DNA from: Candidatus Nealsonbacteria bacterium
GTDB taxonomy: Bacteria; Patescibacteriota; Minisyncoccia; Minisyncoccales; PWPS01
Direction: 5' to 3'
Length of the DNA: 64,000 nt
Assembly: GCA_003551845.1 (NCBI GenBank)
Contig: PUNQ01000064.1
Location: forward strand, 10,649 to 74,648
Positions 60,391 through 64,000 of this stretch are shown one piece after another (position 1 is the first letter of the stretch; each line of letters opens with the position of its first letter). Under the pieces are notes generated by a model. That model saw only the letters and a list, made by a program, of their open reading frames with translations. It had not been told where the DNA came from and ran no database searches. The translations under genes and the position numbers were made by a program.

Positions 60391-61086
60391 ATGCGCCTTT
60401 CGTTCTTTATCAAGCCCAATACCGAAGCTCTAAGGGAGATCAATGAGTTGCTTCAGGAAGCCGGCTTTGAAGTTGTGACAAAAGGACACGTGAATGAGCA
60501 AAAGGACAGAATAATTATTTTTAACGAAAGAAGCAGAAATAATTTTTGCTTTTCCGCTCACAAATTGATCAGCGATCCATCCATTAACTTTTCGGCTCCG
60601 TTTCTTGTCCGCGTCGGTTCAAATTGGACACTTCACGGGCTGGTCACCGTTTTAAGGGGCTATTTGGTTTTCAGAATTCCGTATTTCAGGCCTGTGCACT
60701 TTCCTTCCGAGACCGACTTCGACGTTCTGGCGATAAACGATGAGAAGCTATTAAAAAGATTGGATAGAATCAGGAAAACTATCAAAAATTGTCAGCACGG
60801 CACTCAAAAAGAACTGATGGAAGTAGAGAAGATATTACGGAATCTGAATGGAAAATCATCAGGCGAGATAAAAAGAGAGATATTTTACTTTATGATGAGC
60901 AACAAAAGACTTGATCCCCCATGGGGAGATCCGCCGAGCGGCTTAAGATCCAGAAATATTTATATAGATTGGCTTAGAGAGGCTAATGAGAGCTTCCCAA
61001 GAGAAGAGAGCACCGATAGGAGATTCAAAGAAGATCTCCTGAAAATAAAAAAGATGGAAGGCGTTGAAGCTTTAAAGCTCATCTGA
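60391..61086 (+). CDS. Hypothetical protein (231 aa), no recognisable domain
   Basis: Strong SD (aaaggaggagggagaaATG). No TM or signal. No motif that I recognise. Confidence 0.55.
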   Translation: MRLSFFIKPNTEALREINELLQEAGFEVVTKGHVNEQKDRIIIFNERSRNNFCFSAHKLISDPSINFSAPFLVRVGSNWTLHGLVTVLRGYLVFRIPYFRPVHFPSETDFDVLAINDEKLLKRLDRIRKTIKNCQHGTQKELMEVEKILRNLNGKSSGEIKREIFYFMMSNKRLDPPWGDPPSGLRSRNIYIDWLREANESFPREESTDRRFKEDLLKIKKMEGVEALKLI

Positions 61087-61108
61087 ATTTTAGATGAGCT
61101 CTTTTTTT

Positions 61109-61140
61109 ACCCCCTTTTTTACACCTCGTAGGTGTAAAAA
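61109..61140. repeat. Palindromic intergenic element, copy F (opposite orientation to C-E)
   Basis: ccccctttttttacacctcgtaggtgtaaaaa. Confidence 0.85.
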
Positions 61141-61161
61141 CTATTAATTTTAACTTAAAAA

Positions 61162-61197
61162 CCCCCTTTTTTACACCTCGTAGGTGTAAAAATGGGG
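61162..61197. repeat. Palindromic intergenic element, copy G
   Basis: cccccttttttacacctcgtaggtgtaaaaatgggg. Confidence 0.85.
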
Positions 61198-61299
61198 TTG
61201 GATCCATTCCGGTTTAATGTTGAAAAAAAGCCTTTTCATGATAAACTTTAGCTATGCTCAGCAGTCGATGGGTTAAGCAGTCAATTATTTATTAATCGT

Positions 61300-62022
61300 A
61301 TGTTCGATACTCATGCTCACTTGAATTTTTCCGATTTCGATAAAGATAGGGAAGATTTGATTAAGAAATGTAATTTGAAAGGAATGGGGGTTATCAATGT
61401 GGGTGCAACTTTTGAAAGCGCAAAAAGAGCGGTGGAAATAGCCGGTGAAAATGAAAAAATGTATGCTTCGGTGGGAGTTCATCCTTTACACGCGGAGGAG
61501 GATTTTCATTTTGAAGAGCTTGATAAATTAGTTAAAAATCCCGGAGTGGTGGCAATTGGAGAAACCGGTCTGGACAAGAAGAAGAAAAAAACTTTTGAAA
61601 AGCAAAAAGAGATATTTTTACGCCATATCGATTTGGCCGAAAGGGAAAACTTGCCTCTTATATTGCATTCGAGAAAGGCTCACGATAAGACCTTGGAAAT
61701 GATACCCGATCATAAGGGGGTGATTCATTGCTTTACCGGTAACTTAAAGCAAGCGGAAAAGTATATCGAAAAAGGATATATGATAGGTTTGAACGGAATA
61801 ATCTTTAAGATGAATTTAAAGAAGGTAATCAGAAAAGTTCCTTTGGATAAGGTTTTACTTGAAACCGATTGCCCTTATCTCAGCCCGCCCGGTTGGAAAG
61901 GTAAAAACACACCGCTGGGAGTTTTTGAAGTGGCGAAAGAAGTGGCTAAAATCAAAAGGATCAACCTTGAAAAGGTAGAAGAAATTACCGACGAAAATGC
62001 AAAAAAGATATTCGGAATATGA
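61300..62022 (+). CDS. tatD: TatD-family metal-dependent hydrolase
   Basis: MFDTHAHLNF. GVHP. IGETGLD. LILHSR. IHCFTG. ETDCPYL. Confidence 0.85.
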   Translation: MFDTHAHLNFSDFDKDREDLIKKCNLKGMGVINVGATFESAKRAVEIAGENEKMYASVGVHPLHAEEDFHFEELDKLVKNPGVVAIGETGLDKKKKKTFEKQKEIFLRHIDLAERENLPLILHSRKAHDKTLEMIPDHKGVIHCFTGNLKQAEKYIEKGYMIGLNGIIFKMNLKKVIRKVPLDKVLLETDCPYLSPPGWKGKNTPLGVFEVAKEVAKIKRINLEKVEEITDENAKKIFGI

Positions 62023-62026
62023 AAAA

Positions 62027-62051
62027 CCCCTTTAAGTCAGGGGCTTTTTTT
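62027..62051 (+). terminator. Intrinsic terminator after tatD
   Basis: CCCCT-ttaagtc-AGGGG followed by cttttttt. Confidence 0.6.
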
Positions 62052-62235
62052 GCTTAACGACCTTACACCTAATTTTCTAAACATTTCTTCTTTTTCAAAA
62101 CCGGTAAGAATCGCGAATTCCGGATCCGTCAATTTATTTTTGAGGATTGAAAAATGCTTATTAGCGATGAATTAATTTATTAGACAAATAACGAATATTC
62201 AGATAAAATTAAGCCATAAATAATTTAAACCAGGC

Positions 62236-63999
62236 ATGAAATACGATCACAAAAAACAAGAAAAAAGATGGCAGGAATTTTGGGAAAAGAGCCGGGTTTT
62301 CAGAGCTGAAGAGAACTCCGAAAAACCAAAGTTCTATTGCCTTGATATGTTTCCCTATCCTTCGGGAAAAGGGCTTCACGTAGGCCATCCCAGAGGATAT
62401 GTTGCCACCGATCTGTTTTCTCATTACAAAAGAATGAACGGCTTTAATGTTTTACATCCTATGGGGTGGGATGCTTTCGGCCTTCCGGCTGAAAATTATG
62501 CCATAAAAACGGGAACCCATCCTCGAAAAACGGTTGAAAAAAATGTAGAGCAGTTCAAAAGACAATTGAAGTCGATCGGTTTGGGATATGATTGGTCAAG
62601 AGAGATAAATACTACCGATCCGGATTATTTTAAGTGGACTCAATGGATATTTTTACAGATGTTTAAAAAAGGCTTGGCTTATGAAGACGAGCTACCGATC
62701 AATTGGTGTCCTTCTTGTAAAACTGGGCTGGCCAATGAAGAAGTTGTAAAGGGTGAATGTGAGAGATGTGACAGTTTAGTTGAAAAAAAGAATGTAAGGC
62801 AATGGGTTTTGAAAATAACCGACTATGCCGACAGGTTGCTTGATGATTTGAAAGGATTGGACTGGCCGGAGCCGATAAAGGAGATGCAAAGAAATTGGAT
62901 AGGTCGCTCGGAGGGAGCCGAAATAGTGTTTAGTGTTAAAAATAGTGAAGAAGAAATAAGAGTTTTCACTACCAGACCGGATACCGTTTTTGGAGCAACT
63001 TTCATGGTTTTGGCACCGGAGCATGATTTGACTCAAAAAGTTGTTTCCGAAGATTTAAAGATTGAAAATAAAAAGGAAGTTCAAAATTATGTGGAGGAAT
63101 CGAAGAAGAAGACCGATTTGGAAAGAACCGAGCTCAGCAAAGAAAAAACCGGAGTGGAGATTAAGGGTCTTAAAGCCATCAACCCGCTAAGTGGTGAAGA
63201 AATCCCCGTTTGGGTGGCTGATTATGTTTTGGGATATTACGGTTACGGAGCGGTTATGTCCGTTCCCGCTCATGATGAACGTGATTATGAGATGGCTAAA
63301 AAATATGAGCTAAAAATAAGGCCGGTAATAGAGGTGGAAGAACTTCCTTTTACGGGTGAAGGGAAGGTGATAAATTCAGGCTCATTCAACGGTCTTTCTA
63401 CCGAGTTGATGAAGGAGAAAATAATAGAAAAATTGGAAGAGATTGAGAAAGGGAAGAGAGCTGTGAATTACAAATTGAGAGATTGGGTTTTCTCAAGGCA
63501 ACGTTATTGGGGTGAGCCGATTCCTCTTATTCATTGTGATCTTTGCGGGACGGTTCCGGTTCCGGAAGAGGATTTGCCGGTTACCCTGCCGGAAGTGGAA
63601 AAATACGAGCCGACCGGGACGGGTGAGTCGCCTTTGGCAGCAATTGACAAGTGGGTGAATGTCAGTTGTCCACGATGTGGGATGGATGCCAAAAGAGAAA
63701 CCAATACCATGCCTCAATGGGCCGGGTCATGCTGGTATTATCTTAGATACATCGATCCCGAAAACGGCAAGCAACTTGTCGATCCCGAAAAAGAAGAATA
63801 TTTTATGCCGGTGGATTTATATGTTGGTGGAGCGGAACATGCGGTTTTGCATCTGCTTTATGCCAGATTTTGGCATAAATTTTTATATGATCTGGATGTG
63901 GTTTCGACTAAAGAACCCTTTAAGAGCTTAAAAAATCAGGGACTAATAATGGCCGAGGACGGGACTAAAATGTCCAAATCGAAGGGCAATATGGTTTCT
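62236..63999 (+). CDS. leuS: Leucyl-tRNA synthetase, N-terminal ~588 aa (continues past window end)
   Basis: Absent from the ORF track because it has no stop in the window. [44 protein letters not shown] (HIGH). [18 protein letters not shown] zinc motif. [16 protein letters not shown]. ...[10 protein letters not shown] at the window end. Confidence 0.92.
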   Translation, partial: MKYDHKKQEKRWQEFWEKSRVFRAEENSEKPKFYCLDMFPYPSGKGLHVGHPRGYVATDLFSHYKRMNGFNVLHPMGWDAFGLPAENYAIKTGTHPRKTVEKNVEQFKRQLKSIGLGYDWSREINTTDPDYFKWTQWIFLQMFKKGLAYEDELPINWCPSCKTGLANEEVVKGECERCDSLVEKKNVRQWVLKITDYADRLLDDLKGLDWPEPIKEMQRNWIGRSEGAEIVFSVKNSEEEIRVFTTRPDTVFGATFMVLAPEHDLTQKVVSEDLKIENKKEVQNYVEESKKKTDLERTELSKEKTGVEIKGLKAINPLSGEEIPVWVADYVLGYYGYGAVMSVPAHDERDYEMAKKYELKIRPVIEVEELPFTGEGKVINSGSFNGLSTELMKEKIIEKLEEIEKGKRAVNYKLRDWVFSRQRYWGEPIPLIHCDLCGTVPVPEEDLPVTLPEVEKYEPTGTGESPLAAIDKWVNVSCPRCGMDAKRETNTMPQWAGSCWYYLRYIDPENGKQLVDPEKEEYFMPVDLYVGGAEHAVLHLLYARFWHKFLYDLDVVSTKEPFKSLKNQGLIMAEDGTKMSKSKGNMVS

Positions 64000-64000
64000 C

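Noticed and set aside
62052-62200. Minus-strand open frame ...SILKNKLTDPEFAILTGFEKEEMFRKLGVRSLSKKSP* between tatD and leuS. It looks protein-like.
   Set aside because: It spans only ~40 codons, has no start codon apart from a late internal Met, and has no recognisable family. It may be another gene remnant, but I cannot support that from sequence alone.
1-64000. Mobile elements, prophage, CRISPR-Cas, restriction-modification, toxin-antitoxin or other known defence systems.
   Set aside because: No transposase, integrase, Cas, methylase/endonuclease pair or small TA-like gene pair was recognisable in any frame. The only repeat family is the short palindromic element.

Overview
Gene-dense 64-kb window (about 90% coding) with no rRNA, CRISPR array, transposase or integrase. 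Gene content suggests a small-genome Patescibacteria/CPR-like bacterium (inference only): many translation genes, archaeal/eukaryotic-type enzymes, pilin-like and large surface proteins, and almost no metabolism. LEFT (1-19.5 kb) is a cell-surface locus: two WxL-like secreted proteins, four paralogous DUF916/DUF3324-like membrane-anchored proteins, two cohesin-like proteins and one dockerin-bearing acidic protein. A divergent F-type ATPase operon is embedded in it. That operon has b-like, delta-like, alpha, gamma, beta and short epsilon genes but no recognisable a subunit. The atpE slot holds a secreted domain fused to a c-subunit-like hairpin that lacks the rotor carboxylate. This is my best candidate for an undescribed system. 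MIDDLE (19.5-37 kb): tRNA-Arg(CCT) flanked by identical 33-nt repeats, ruvA, rtcB, a presenilin-type GxGD protease, a divergent Elp3/Trm9-like pair, greA, PolX, an L,D-transpeptidase/DD-carboxypeptidase fusion, rplT-rpmI-infC-ssrA-smpB and a pilin-like DUF1566 protein. RIGHT (37-64 kb): a roughly 0.8-kb GC-rich, repeat- and hairpin-laden noncoding block ending in a terminator. Then argS, ileS, recO, glyQS, a GT2 + AsnB + two tandem polytopic (GT-C-like) membrane protein module, an M16 peptidase, rsmI, metG, pheA, an orphan gene behind an attenuator-like leader, tatD and the 5' part of leuS. A roughly 35-nt palindromic element occurs seven times in intergenic positions. All functional calls rest on motif recognition by eye; no database search was run.
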